Positions 26,522 to 34,333 of a stretch of DNA of 35,441 bases are shown in pieces (the first letter of the stretch is position 1; every line of letters starts with the position of its first letter). The notes below the pieces were generated by a model, which searched no databases, was not told the origin of the DNA, and saw only the letters and a program-made list of their open reading frames with translations. Position numbers and translations under genes: made by a program. The stretch covers positions 1 to 35,441 of the IMG/VR virus record IMGVR_UViG_3300020044_001378; one strand, 5' to 3'. Origin of the DNA: a virus (lineage: Duplodnaviria > Caudoviricetes).

Positions 26522-27113
26522 CCCACTATGGGAACAAGCGTGGCGTAAGGAGACCGAAGGTCTTGACTTCACCACTGCACGAGTAGCAGGACGAGCAACT
26601 AAACTCAACCCTAACAAGGAAGATGCTACTTGGTGGTACGAACAAGGTTCCATATGGACTGACAACTACATCCTATGGCGCAAGAACAACCCTAACTGGA
26701 AACTCTGGACAACACCTCAGGGTGCCAAGGCTATCGAGTTAGAGTTAAACCCAGTCATCGCTGGAGTACCAGTGAAGATGTTCATCGATAGAATCTTTGA
26801 GGTCGACGGTAAGTTAGTTATCGTTGATTTGAAGACCTCTCGTGCACGTCCTCAGTCTGACCTTCAGTTGGGCTTCTACAAAATAGGAGTCGAGATGATG
26901 CTGGGTGTTGAAGTCAATCTAGGAAACTACTGGATGTCTCGTGAGTCGGGGACAGGAGAGATGATTGACCTAAGTAGATATACCCAGGACACGCTTGAAT
27001 ACTTTGTTGATGGCTTTGACAAAGCACGCAAGGCTGGTATATTTCTACCGAACCTACAATCGTGCAATTTCTGTGGACTCACAGAACATTGCCAATTCAC
27101 GAAGGACAAATAA
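26505..27113 (+). CDS. Cas4/RecB-like PD-(D/E)XK exonuclease, catalytic part
   Basis: IELEL...FIDRI...IVDLKT...QLGFY; C-terminal CNFCGLTEHC. Confidence 0.85.
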   Translation: MTMTTNPLWEQAWRKETEGLDFTTARVAGRATKLNPNKEDATWWYEQGSIWTDNYILWRKNNPNWKLWTTPQGAKAIELELNPVIAGVPVKMFIDRIFEVDGKLVIVDLKTSRARPQSDLQLGFYKIGVEMMLGVEVNLGNYWMSRESGTGEMIDLSRYTQDTLEYFVDGFDKARKAGIFLPNLQSCNFCGLTEHCQFTKDK

Positions 27114-27236
27114 ATGCACAAAGTAAATACGCTAACAGCACAGGATGTGTTGGTTGCACTAGAGATGAAAATCATTACACAAGATGAAGCAAGGGAAGCA
27201 CTAGGTTTTCCTAGCCTAAAGAAGGAGGACAAGTAA
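27114..27236 (+). CDS. Small hypothetical protein
   Basis: Not in track: MHKVNTLTAQDVLVALEMKIITQDEAREALGFPSLKKEDK (40 aa); fills the gap between two genes exactly. Confidence 0.65.
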   Translation: MHKVNTLTAQDVLVALEMKIITQDEAREALGFPSLKKEDK

Positions 27237-27619
27237 TGGCAGAAGATTGGAAGTTACAGGTCTCATACAAGACCAACGGTGGGGATATGGTAAATGTCCG
27301 TGCTAATACTGCAGATGAACTCAGCGTATTGCTAGAGGGAATCTCTGATTACTCAACACAGATTGCAGCAACAGGAAGAATGCTAAATGGTGCAGGTGTG
27401 GCAGCCCCTTTGGGAACGCCTACTTCAACTCCCGCGCAGCAAGCAACTCCTACCTTCGTAACCGCCCCGACAGCGGAAGCATCAGGTACCACGCCAACGT
27501 GTCTACACGGGGAGCGAAAGTTCCTATCGGGAATCTCGAAGAAGAACGGCAAGCCGTATCGGATGTGGGTTTGTCAGCAACCACAAGACCAAGGGCAATG
27601 CTCACCAGTCAATGGTTAG
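27236..27619 (+). CDS. Hypothetical protein with a C-terminal GRF-like Zn finger
   Basis: CLHG...KKNGKPYRMWVC...C; RBS AAGGAGG. Confidence 0.7.
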   Translation: MAEDWKLQVSYKTNGGDMVNVRANTADELSVLLEGISDYSTQIAATGRMLNGAGVAAPLGTPTSTPAQQATPTFVTAPTAEASGTTPTCLHGERKFLSGISKKNGKPYRMWVCQQPQDQGQCSPVNG

Positions 27620-27638
27620 ACATTGACATAAACTAGAA

Positions 27639-27685
27639 TTGGTAGAGGGGTATTTATTAGGGGAAGATATTTACCCCTCTTCCAA
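27639..27685 (+). promoter_or_regulatory. Intergenic hairpin with a GGGGAA loop upstream of the helicase cluster
   Basis: TTGGTAGAGGGGTA/TACCCCTCTTCCAA, 13 of 14 paired; 19-nt loop. Confidence 0.55.
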
Positions 27686-27704
27686 CTTAAGACGGGAGAT
27701 ACAA

Positions 27705-27806
27705 ATGGAAAAAACAATTAAGTATTTATTACAAGAAGCATACGTTGATGGTTACAAAGAAGGATACAACGCTGCTTTAGAAGACATTGAGAAGACTAAA
27801 GGATGA
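27705..27806 (+). CDS. Small hypothetical protein
   Basis: Not in track: MEKTIKYLLQEAYVDGYKEGYNAALEDIEKTKG (33 aa); RBS GGGAG; ATGA overlap with the helicase. Confidence 0.6.
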   Translation: MEKTIKYLLQEAYVDGYKEGYNAALEDIEKTKG

Positions 27807-28585
27807 GAACTCTTGTCCGTTCAGTAGGCAGAGCAGACATCGGTGGAGAACCATTGCCCTCTGTGTTCCGTGCATTTGATAACAACAAAATAATTTTACG
27901 CAGAGCAGAAGTCTCTATGTTGGCAGGTACTCCAGGTGTGGGAAAGTCCACTCTGGCACTGGCTTTAGCCCTCAAGATGAAGGTACCTTGCTTATATATT
28001 TCAGCAGATACTAACGCTCACACTATGGCTATGCGCCTTGCATCAATGATTAGCGGTAAGAATCAGACTGATGTTGAAACTCTAATGAACAATGACTACG
28101 GCTGGACAAAGGCAACTCTCTCACGAGGTGCACACATTGTCTGGTCATTTGAATCATCTCCTACTCTGCAAGACATAGATGAGGAAGTTCAAGCCTTCGA
28201 AGAGTTGTGGGGTTGTCCACCTACTGCAATCTTTGTTGATAACTTAATGGACATTGCCACCGATGGTGGTGAAGAGTTCGCATCTATGCGTGCGATTATG
28301 AAGGAGTTGAAATTCCTTGCTCGTGATACTAACGCTGCTATTATTATTTTGCATCATACTTCTGAGGCTGTACCTGGTAATCCTTGCCAGCCTAGGTCGG
28401 CTCTTCAAGGTAAAGTCGCGCAACTTCCTGCTCTTATTTGTACTCTTGGAGTTGTTGGTACTTCTATGGCTATTGCACCTGTAAAGAATAGATACGGAAG
28501 AGCAGATGCGAACGGGGATTTGCTAGCGTGGCTAGCATTTAATCCTGAGTATATGTTTATGGACGACATACCAGAGAACTCATAG
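27803..28585 (+). CDS. DnaB/RecA-fold (SF4-like) replicative helicase ATPase
   Basis: Walker A GTPGVGKS, Walker B IFVD, LHHT, VKNRYG arginine finger. Confidence 0.85.
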   Translation: MRTLVRSVGRADIGGEPLPSVFRAFDNNKIILRRAEVSMLAGTPGVGKSTLALALALKMKVPCLYISADTNAHTMAMRLASMISGKNQTDVETLMNNDYGWTKATLSRGAHIVWSFESSPTLQDIDEEVQAFEELWGCPPTAIFVDNLMDIATDGGEEFASMRAIMKELKFLARDTNAAIIILHHTSEAVPGNPCQPRSALQGKVAQLPALICTLGVVGTSMAIAPVKNRYGRADANGDLLAWLAFNPEYMFMDDIPENS

Positions 28586-28592
28586 GAGAATA

Positions 28593-28790
28593 ATGATACG
28601 AGAAGAAGAAGATGATATGACGCAAGAGATGCGTGCTTATATCTTGCTTGAAGTTAAGCGAGAGACGGCAGCATTGATTGAAAAGATTGAAGCAGCCAAG
28701 GTTCCAGTCACAGATGAGTGGACTGATGGACTCAACGCTGGCTTAGCGTGGGCTGTTCGTATCCTGAATAAGGATAAGAGTGCTTTGTAA
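28593..28790 (+). CDS. Hypothetical protein
   Basis: 65 aa, RBS AGGAG. Confidence 0.7.
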   Translation: MIREEEDDMTQEMRAYILLEVKRETAALIEKIEAAKVPVTDEWTDGLNAGLAWAVRILNKDKSAL

Positions 28791-29138
28791 GTGGCTTCAC
28801 AATCACGCAAACATAGGGGATATCGTAGTCAAAAAGTACTGGCTAATTATCTGGTTGACAATGGCTTCCCTTTTGCTGAGAGTACTGGGGCTGGTCGCAG
28901 TGGGACTGACGTTACTGGGACTGTGGGTATTGATTGGGAAGTAAAGGCAAGAACAGGATTTAATCCTAGTGCTGCTATTCAACAATTAAAAGATAGAGCA
29001 AACGATAAAGACCTAGGCATAGTAGTGCTACGCTTGAATGGTCAAGGAGAAAAGAGCGTATCCGATTGGGTATGCTTACTCAGGTTGGAGGATGCAGTGA
29101 AACTATTAAGAGATGCAGGATATGGTGATAAGAATTGA
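28791..29138 (+). CDS. Hjc-type Holliday junction resolvase
   Basis: KHRGYRSQKVLANYL...GTDV...WEVK, a PD-(D/E)XK pattern. Confidence 0.7.
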   Translation: MASQSRKHRGYRSQKVLANYLVDNGFPFAESTGAGRSGTDVTGTVGIDWEVKARTGFNPSAAIQQLKDRANDKDLGIVVLRLNGQGEKSVSDWVCLLRLEDAVKLLRDAGYGDKN

Positions 29139-29502
29139 CAGCGACCTTCCGCCAATCGCGGACATACTCAGACACTACGGTGCGAATCTTAGACAAACAC
29201 ACGGGCAAGTTAATCTCAAGTGTCCGTTTCATTCAGACACACACCAGTCAGGAAGTGCAAACCTTGATAAGAACATCTTCATTTGTTTCGCCTGTGGTGT
29301 CCAAGGCAACAGCATTCAAATTATTGTCAGACAAGAGGGGATGAGTTTCAATGAAGCAAAGCATTTTGCAGAAGGAATTACTGGGGAAAGCAGCAGCAGG
29401 GTACGCGGAAAACATTTATCAGGCGGAAGATTACCTAAGAAGCAGAGGTATTCCTCTGGAGGTAGCACGTCTGGCGTCATTAGGCGTAGTCGCGGAGCCT
29501 GA
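29113..29502 (+). CDS. DNA primase, CHC2 zinc-finger part
   Basis: CPFHSD...FICFACGVQGN; exact start uncertain. Confidence 0.85.
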   Translation: MQDMVIRIDSDLPPIADILRHYGANLRQTHGQVNLKCPFHSDTHQSGSANLDKNIFICFACGVQGNSIQIIVRQEGMSFNEAKHFAEGITGESSSRVRGKHLSGGRLPKKQRYSSGGSTSGVIRRSRGA

Positions 29503-29977
29503 GACAGGGCACGAAGCATTCAAGGGTAGGTTATCTATCCCTTACATTACCAAGACTGGCGTAGTTGATTTAAGATTTAGAAGTTTAAACCCTGCGGTTG
29601 AACCAAAGTATATGGGTATGACTGGGGCTGAAACTAAGATGTATAATGTGCTAGATGTGGAGAGAGCCAGTGACTTTATTGGAGTTTGTGAAGGCGAGTT
29701 GGATACCCTTACTCTTTCTGCTTGCGTTGGGATTCCCTGTGTTGGAGTACCAGGTGCGAACAGTTGGAAGAAACACTACACACGATTGTTGGCGGACTTT
29801 GAAAGGGTCTTTGTATTCGCAGATGGGGACCAACCAGGGACAGAGTTCGCCCGCAGTCTTGCCAGAGAATTACCAGTTACTATCATTCAACTACCCGACG
29901 GACACGATGTTAATTCAATGTTCGTGCAAGACGGTGTTGACTACTTCAATCAAAAGATGGGTGTAAATGAACATTGA
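29351..29977 (+). CDS. DNA primase, TOPRIM part
   Basis: YLRSRGI, GRLSIPY, VCEGELD, FADGDQPG, DVN. Confidence 0.9.
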   Translation: MKQSILQKELLGKAAAGYAENIYQAEDYLRSRGIPLEVARLASLGVVAEPETGHEAFKGRLSIPYITKTGVVDLRFRSLNPAVEPKYMGMTGAETKMYNVLDVERASDFIGVCEGELDTLTLSACVGIPCVGVPGANSWKKHYTRLLADFERVFVFADGDQPGTEFARSLARELPVTIIQLPDGHDVNSMFVQDGVDYFNQKMGVNEH

Positions 29978-30338
29978 GGAAGAGCCTCCCCATAATCATT
30001 GCCACGACTGCAACATAACCTTTCCCGATTCGTTTGCTTTGATAGACCATTACTTGGACGAGGACGAAACCTTCGACCCGTACTACCTGTTGCCCTCTGG
30101 ATTTAAACTTATGCTAGGGTCAATGCTTCGGTTCTTGTTCGACAATGCATACGACCCTGACCAGATTAAACTGATAACTCAGTCTACTTATGTTACACTA
30201 TTTGCTAGTGAGAATGGTTACGACCTAGTAGATGAATTGGTTGAGGATATGATTGTGAAGTCTGCACTTCAGGACTTTGACCGAGACTTACAAAATTTAC
30301 TAGCGGAGGAACCAGATGACAACGAAGGCGGAGCGTGA
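29967..30338 (+). CDS. Hypothetical acidic protein with a Zn-finger-like N-terminus
   Basis: CHDC...F.....LIDH. Confidence 0.7.
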   Translation: MNIEEEPPHNHCHDCNITFPDSFALIDHYLDEDETFDPYYLLPSGFKLMLGSMLRFLFDNAYDPDQIKLITQSTYVTLFASENGYDLVDELVEDMIVKSALQDFDRDLQNLLAEEPDDNEGGA

Positions 30339-30468
30339 AGAGATATGGCAGATTATTCAGTATCTAACAAACTTGGGTTTAAACGTGGTAAAGACGGAGA
30401 CTCAGGGAACTTCATTGATGGTTTCGTTAGCCATTCCGCTGTTGCACGCGAACTCCACCTCGAAGTAA
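30316..30468 (+). CDS. Candidate 50-aa overlapping ORF
   Basis: Not in track: RBS GGAGGA at 30305-10, MTTKAEREEIWQIIQYLTNLGLNVVKTETQGTSLMVSLAIPLLHANSTSK. Confidence 0.45.
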   Translation: MTTKAEREEIWQIIQYLTNLGLNVVKTETQGTSLMVSLAIPLLHANSTSK

Positions 30469-30728
30469 ACCTTGCCAACATAACAAAAGAATTATCTGAA
30501 CTGCTTATCTCTAAGCATAAAGATTATGGTCCAAAGAATATTTCCCAAGCACCAGGCGGTGCAATCAATGGGTTGCGTGTGCGTATGCACGATAAGTTAG
30601 CACGCATTAATAATCTGATTGACAGTGGCGCAAGCCCTGAGCACGAATCCTTAGAAGACTCCTTCAAGGATATGGCTAACTATGCAATCATTGGGTTGCT
30701 AGTGTTAAGAGGTAAGTGGGACGAATGA
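30345..30728 (+). CDS. DUF1599 / nucleotide-modification-associated domain 1 (MazG-like) protein
   Basis: KHKDYG...VRMHDKLARINNL...ESLEDSFKDMANYAII. Confidence 0.75.
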   Translation: MADYSVSNKLGFKRGKDGDSGNFIDGFVSHSAVARELHLEVNLANITKELSELLISKHKDYGPKNISQAPGGAINGLRVRMHDKLARINNLIDSGASPEHESLEDSFKDMANYAIIGLLVLRGKWDE

Positions 30729-31111
30729 AAGAGCAGGAGTTATTTGACTGGCTCAAGGAAGAACATTTCCCAGATTTAATACACTCCCCAGAACTCTTCG
30801 ATGGGTTCGACTGCATCACAGATATGTATAAGATGTTTATTGAACTTAAGTCACGCAACACGCATTACGATACGTTGTTGCTTGAGAAGAAGAAGTATGA
30901 CTTTCTTATCACTAAGTCTGCTGAACTTGGGTTAACACCTTACTACATTAACTATACACCTGAGGGTGTGTGGTCTTTCCGCCTTGACTTGATGGACAAC
31001 CTTGTCTGGGAAGATAAATGGTTGCCAGTTACAACTGAGTTTGCTAACAAGAATAAGATGATGAAGCCAGTTACCTTCCTCAAGATAGTGGACGGGACAA
31101 AGATTCAATGA
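30725..31111 (+). CDS. Putative PD-(D/E)XK nuclease
   Basis: ATG 30725 in an ATGA overlap; FDC...IELKSR...LLEKKKYD. Confidence 0.6.
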   Translation: MKEQELFDWLKEEHFPDLIHSPELFDGFDCITDMYKMFIELKSRNTHYDTLLLEKKKYDFLITKSAELGLTPYYINYTPEGVWSFRLDLMDNLVWEDKWLPVTTEFANKNKMMKPVTFLKIVDGTKIQ

Positions 31112-31794
31112 TTGAGTGGGCAAGGATAGAACGCTGGCAGTATGTTGTTGATGCTGTTGCCTCTGAGTATTCTCGTAAGTCTCCGACTGTTGATATTGAG
31201 GACATCAAACAATCTTTATATCAGTGGTTTGTTGAGCACCCAAATAAACTAGATGCTTGGGAAGAGATAGGCGACAAGGATGCAAAGAACCTTATCTATC
31301 GTAGCCTACGTAATCAAGCCTTAGATTATTGCAACCATTGGAAAGCAAAGTCTGGTGGGTACGAGACAAGCGATTTATTCTTTTATGAAGCAGATATGGT
31401 TGAGGCATTGCTGCCTCCTGTATTACGTGGTGAGTGGGGCGTAACCCATAAACTAAACCTTGGTAGAACTGGTCGTCCATCTGCACCTAATGAGGGTGGC
31501 AACCTTATGGCTATGATGATTGAAGTTGATTACGCATTCTGGAAACTGCCAAAGGACGACAGGAAAGTTTTATTCCTACGCTATGCAGAGTCAATGGACT
31601 TCGGTGACATTGCAAAAGAATTAGATATGGGTACAGAAGATGCGGTTCGTATGCGCCACAAGCGTGCCATTCGTAAACTCATTAACAAGATTGGTGGGTT
31701 CAAACCATTCCGCGATAACGACGACGTACCTCAGGAAGATTCAGGTGTTGATTCTGCTGGGTCTACCCAAAGTGATTCGCCGTATGAGTCGTAG
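31108..31794 (+). CDS. Sigma-70/ECF-like RNA polymerase sigma factor
   Basis: Region 2-like EDIKQ...LRNQALDY; region 4 HTH LPKDDRKVLFLRY...FGDIAKEL...AVRMRHKRAIRKL. Confidence 0.8.
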   Translation: MIEWARIERWQYVVDAVASEYSRKSPTVDIEDIKQSLYQWFVEHPNKLDAWEEIGDKDAKNLIYRSLRNQALDYCNHWKAKSGGYETSDLFFYEADMVEALLPPVLRGEWGVTHKLNLGRTGRPSAPNEGGNLMAMMIEVDYAFWKLPKDDRKVLFLRYAESMDFGDIAKELDMGTEDAVRMRHKRAIRKLINKIGGFKPFRDNDDVPQEDSGVDSAGSTQSDSPYES

Positions 31795-31886
31795 AACTCT
31801 TCTATCTCTTTACCGCTAGCAAATTGTAGTGTGTCATTCTTTGGTGCACAATTAGTACACCCGCCTGCGTTACATACATTGCACAT
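31731..31886 (-). CDS. Small Cys-rich hypothetical protein
   Basis: Start moved to ATG 31886 (RBS AGGAGGA); MCNVCNAGGCTNC... Confidence 0.6.
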   Translation of the reverse strand: MCNVCNAGGCTNCAPKNDTLQFASGKEIEEFYDSYGESLWVDPAESTPESS

Positions 31887-31887
31887 A

Positions 31888-32061
31888 CTATCCTCCTGTT
31901 GAATAAAATCCAGTCCCTTTGAACTGGACCCCTGGTACATTGTAAATTCTACTAGACACCTGCCCACAAGGGCAAGTAACTTCATCATCTCGCTCTTCAA
32001 CTTTGCGATTTATAACTGTAAGTGAGTGACACTTACGACATCTGTACTCATAGTTAGGCAT
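31888..32061 (-). CDS. FmdB-family zinc-ribbon protein
   Basis: Not in track: MPNYEYRCRKC...TCPCG...GVQFKGTGFYSTGG (57 aa). Confidence 0.85.
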   Translation of the reverse strand: MPNYEYRCRKCHSLTVINRKVEERDDEVTCPCGQVSSRIYNVPGVQFKGTGFYSTGG

Positions 32062-32207
32062 TATTTATCCACCATTACTCCCACAACGTGGAACCCATTA
32101 TTCTTGAAGTCTTCTAGCAACTGCATAAATAATTCTTTGGGCACGTGTGCCTCTACAAATAGGTGCTTATGCCCTAAGTCTTTAACGTAAACTCTTTGGT
32201 CGTTCAT
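32061..32207 (-). CDS. Small hypothetical protein
   Basis: Not in track: MNDQRVYVKDLGHKHLFVEAHVPKELFMQLLEDFKNNGFHVVGVMVDK; coupled at both ends. Confidence 0.6.
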   Translation of the reverse strand: MNDQRVYVKDLGHKHLFVEAHVPKELFMQLLEDFKNNGFHVVGVMVDK

Positions 32208-32383
32208 TCATCTCTCCAATCTATCGGTGTTGGTGCGGTGCTAATTGCCCCACACTCCTTGCATTCCTGCTTTAAATCGTACCAACCTACTTCTCTTGTC
32301 TCTTCGTCCCACATTACTGTGAGCACAAACATCTTGCACCCACAAATACAGGTTAGTATGGGCTTGCCAGTTAAGTCAAGCAT
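32204..32383 (-). CDS. Small Zn-binding hypothetical protein
   Basis: ATG 32383; CICGC...CKECG. Confidence 0.7.
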   Translation of the reverse strand: MLDLTGKPILTCICGCKMFVLTVMWDEETREVGWYDLKQECKECGAISTAPTPIDWRDE

Positions 32384-32802
32384 CAATACCAGTTTCTGCG
32401 CTGGCTGTGCGACCACGCCTTGCACGGTGTGTCGTAGCGGTGCTTGATGTATTTATAAGCATTGAGTATCTGTATCGCTGGGTCTTTGCTTGTCTCCTTC
32501 AATACCTGTCCGATACCAAATGCACTGCTGCCCTGTTTGTTCTTGGCTAAATGGTCGAACTTACTCTCTTTCATAAACAACGAGTAAACACATTTGCGCT
32601 GAGTTCTATCCCAGTTCCATCCTGCCTTGGCAAACTTCATTGCCATTATCTTGTTGGCTTTCTTCTGTTCCATTGTTGCCTGGGTCTGTACAACCTCTGG
32701 CTTTTTGGGTTCAATGTCCACGTGCACACCCACGTTGTGAGTTGCTGGTGTGATAACTGCGATAGCAACAAGAGTTGATAGAATTATAAATCGTTTTTTC
32801 AT
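32383..32802 (-). CDS. Secreted SLT/Apf-like lytic transglycosylase
   Basis: Signal peptide; KES catalytic Glu, SSAFGIGQ, YIKHRYDTPCKAW...NWY. Confidence 0.8.
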   Translation of the reverse strand: MKKRFIILSTLVAIAVITPATHNVGVHVDIEPKKPEVVQTQATMEQKKANKIMAMKFAKAGWNWDRTQRKCVYSLFMKESKFDHLAKNKQGSSAFGIGQVLKETSKDPAIQILNAYKYIKHRYDTPCKAWSHSQRRNWY

Positions 32803-33152
32803 TTATCTATTCTAGCAATCTTTCGTCGAACATTCCCTCTGTGTCGTGACTCTGCCTTAACTCGAACCTGTTTTGGGTGTTTAGTTGTGAGTAAATACCG
32901 CTCAACTGTAAGCAACCCACCCCAAATAGAACCGTGCCCGCCTGTGTACTCTAGGTTCTCTGCATCTAGCCCTTGCTTCAAGCAATCAAGCCTGACTGGA
33001 CAGGCGTGGCATAACTCTATTGCCTGAACACTTCGTAAGACTTCTAGTTGTTGTTCATCTAACAACCTTGGGTTCTCGTAGTGCCACAAATCTGGGTCTG
33101 GGTGGTTGTTGCAGTTACCTCTTGCGTGCCAACTTCTGTCTGGTAGCGTCAT
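32799..33152 (-). CDS. whiB: WhiB-family transcription factor
   Basis: C...CHACPVRLDC (four Cys) and GSIWGG, a G[IV]WGG turn. Confidence 0.85.
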   Translation of the reverse strand: MTLPDRSWHARGNCNNHPDPDLWHYENPRLLDEQQLEVLRSVQAIELCHACPVRLDCLKQGLDAENLEYTGGHGSIWGGLLTVERYLLTTKHPKQVRVKAESRHRGNVRRKIARIDK

Positions 33153-33237
33153 CTCTTGTCCAATTCTGATAGTAGTATTTTATTCTTTTGTGGTATCTGA
33201 TTAATAATAAAATTACAAATAGTAAAGTGATACTCAT
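33115..33237 (-). CDS. Small membrane peptide
   Basis: Not in track: MSITLLFVILLLIRYHKRIKYYYQNWTR... (40 aa); ATGA overlap. Confidence 0.45.
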   Translation of the reverse strand: MSITLLFVILLLIRYHKRIKYYYQNWTRDDATRQKLARKR

Positions 33238-33461
33238 ACGACTACCTTTAAGTGGCGTATCTCTAGAATAGATGCGGGTAAAGAGTAGTGAATGTCCTCG
33301 TAATACTTCTCTGTTTTAATCTCGTGCTCGTACAACCATTCGTCCTGCTCTTGAATGCTCAGGGAATTCCAGTTTGCGGGCACGTCTGTACCCTCTGGTA
33401 AAGATACCTTGACAACCTGTATCCCCTTAACTTCATACGTAATTTGAAATTCCTTACCCAT
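33234..33461 (-). CDS. Hypothetical protein
   Basis: Start moved to ATG 33461 (MGKEFQITYEVKG...), because the upstream part of the track ORF overlaps another gene. Confidence 0.65.
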   Translation of the reverse strand: MGKEFQITYEVKGIQVVKVSLPEGTDVPANWNSLSIQEQDEWLYEHEIKTEKYYEDIHYSLPASILEIRHLKVVV

Positions 33462-33597
33462 TTGTTTCCCCGTTCTCGCAAGACTCACACGTCTTGGAAT
33501 TGTAAGTGTTGAAGTCAAACTCGTTGTCACATTGGCTACACATAATCCATTCTGAGTCGTCGTAAAATACTGGGTCGTTGAGTTGTGGTTCACTCAT
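33454..33597 (-). CDS. Small CxxC..CxxC zinc-ribbon protein
   Basis: Not in track: MSEPQLNDPVFYDDSEWIMCSQCDNEFDFNTYNSKTCESCENGETNG. Confidence 0.7.
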   Translation of the reverse strand: MSEPQLNDPVFYDDSEWIMCSQCDNEFDFNTYNSKTCESCENGETNG

Positions 33598-33694
33598 CTT
33601 CGTCGCCCTCTGTAATCAATCCCAACTCTTTCATTAATCGCATTGCCTCGTTGAGGCTATCTATTGCTGTTTGGATTTGTTGTTCTGTATTCAT
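33590..33694 (-). CDS. Small acidic protein
   Basis: Not in track: MNTEQQIQTAIDSLNEAMRLMKELGLITEGDEDE; RBS GACAGGAG. Confidence 0.65.
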   Translation of the reverse strand: MNTEQQIQTAIDSLNEAMRLMKELGLITEGDEDE

Positions 33695-34104
33695 TTCATT
33701 CTCCTGTCGTTGCATTTCCATAAGCCTAGGCGATTTGCCTTTGCTTGTCTAGCATACTTCTCGATTAAGTTTGCATACTTTCCCCTCATTCCCTTGTAGA
33801 AATAAGGCTTTGCGTACCCATACTTAACCAACTCTAAGTTTAGATTTCGGTTTCCCTTTGTCAAGTAACCTAGTGCCCTGCCATACCCGTCAAAACTATC
33901 TAGATTTTTATCCGTAGTCAAGACCAATTTTCCATTTAGTTTTAGAAACTTTGCGGTGTATTCCGTTGCCTCTTGATAACCGCACTCCCGTCTCTCAGGC
34001 GTATTAATTTGTACCAGTCGGACGAAAGACTCACCGCTTTGTATCGTGTCACCATCTACCGCAACGGGAAGAGTAAGAGTCAGGGCTAGCGCAAGGGCTA
34101 ACAC
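33691..34104 (-). CDS. Thermonuclease (SNase-like) with a hydrophobic N-terminus
   Basis: VDGDTI, VRLVQINTPE, DGYGRALGY, NLELVKYGYA, RLGLW; GTG 34104 preferred over ATG 34134. Confidence 0.85.
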   Translation of the reverse strand: MLALALALTLTLPVAVDGDTIQSGESFVRLVQINTPERRECGYQEATEYTAKFLKLNGKLVLTTDKNLDSFDGYGRALGYLTKGNRNLNLELVKYGYAKPYFYKGMRGKYANLIEKYARQAKANRLGLWKCNDRRMK

Positions 34105-34172
34105 TTCCGCCTTATCTCTTGCCCGTGGTGGCATTCATTGACAGGTCGTAAGCAGTCTCCGCAGATTGGCAT
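34098..34172 (-). CDS. 24-aa Cys/His micropeptide
   Basis: MPICGDCLRPVNECHHGQEIRRKC; TGATG coupling. Confidence 0.4.
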   Translation of the reverse strand: MPICGDCLRPVNECHHGQEIRRKC

Positions 34173-34333
34173 CACTCTGCCTCGCTTTCGTGTAGGTATC
34201 CGCCCATAGTGGAGATTAAACCCGTATGAATCACGACAGTGCCCGCACTATCTATCGTCACTCTAGCCCCCTTTAGGTTTTCCTCTGCCCATTCTTTCAA
34301 GTCTTGAATTGTGTCTACCTCTTGAAGGTTCAT
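34172..34333 (-). CDS. Small hypothetical protein
   Basis: Not in track: MNLQEVDTIQDLKEWAEENLKGARVTIDSAGTVVIHTGL... (53 aa). Confidence 0.65.
   Translation of the reverse strand: MNLQEVDTIQDLKEWAEENLKGARVTIDSAGTVVIHTGLISTMGGYLHESEAE

Noticed and set aside
26336-27113. CRISPR-Cas system, given the Cas4-like gene
   Set aside because: No repeat-spacer array or other cas genes; solo Cas4-like nucleases are common in phages.
27623-27639. TTGACA plus TAGAAT as a -35/-10 pair
   Set aside because: Spacing is only 5 nt.
31731-31794. 64-nt convergent overlap between sigma and the last minus-strand gene as antisense control
   Set aside because: Short tail-to-tail overlaps are common in compact phage genomes; nothing else supports regulation.
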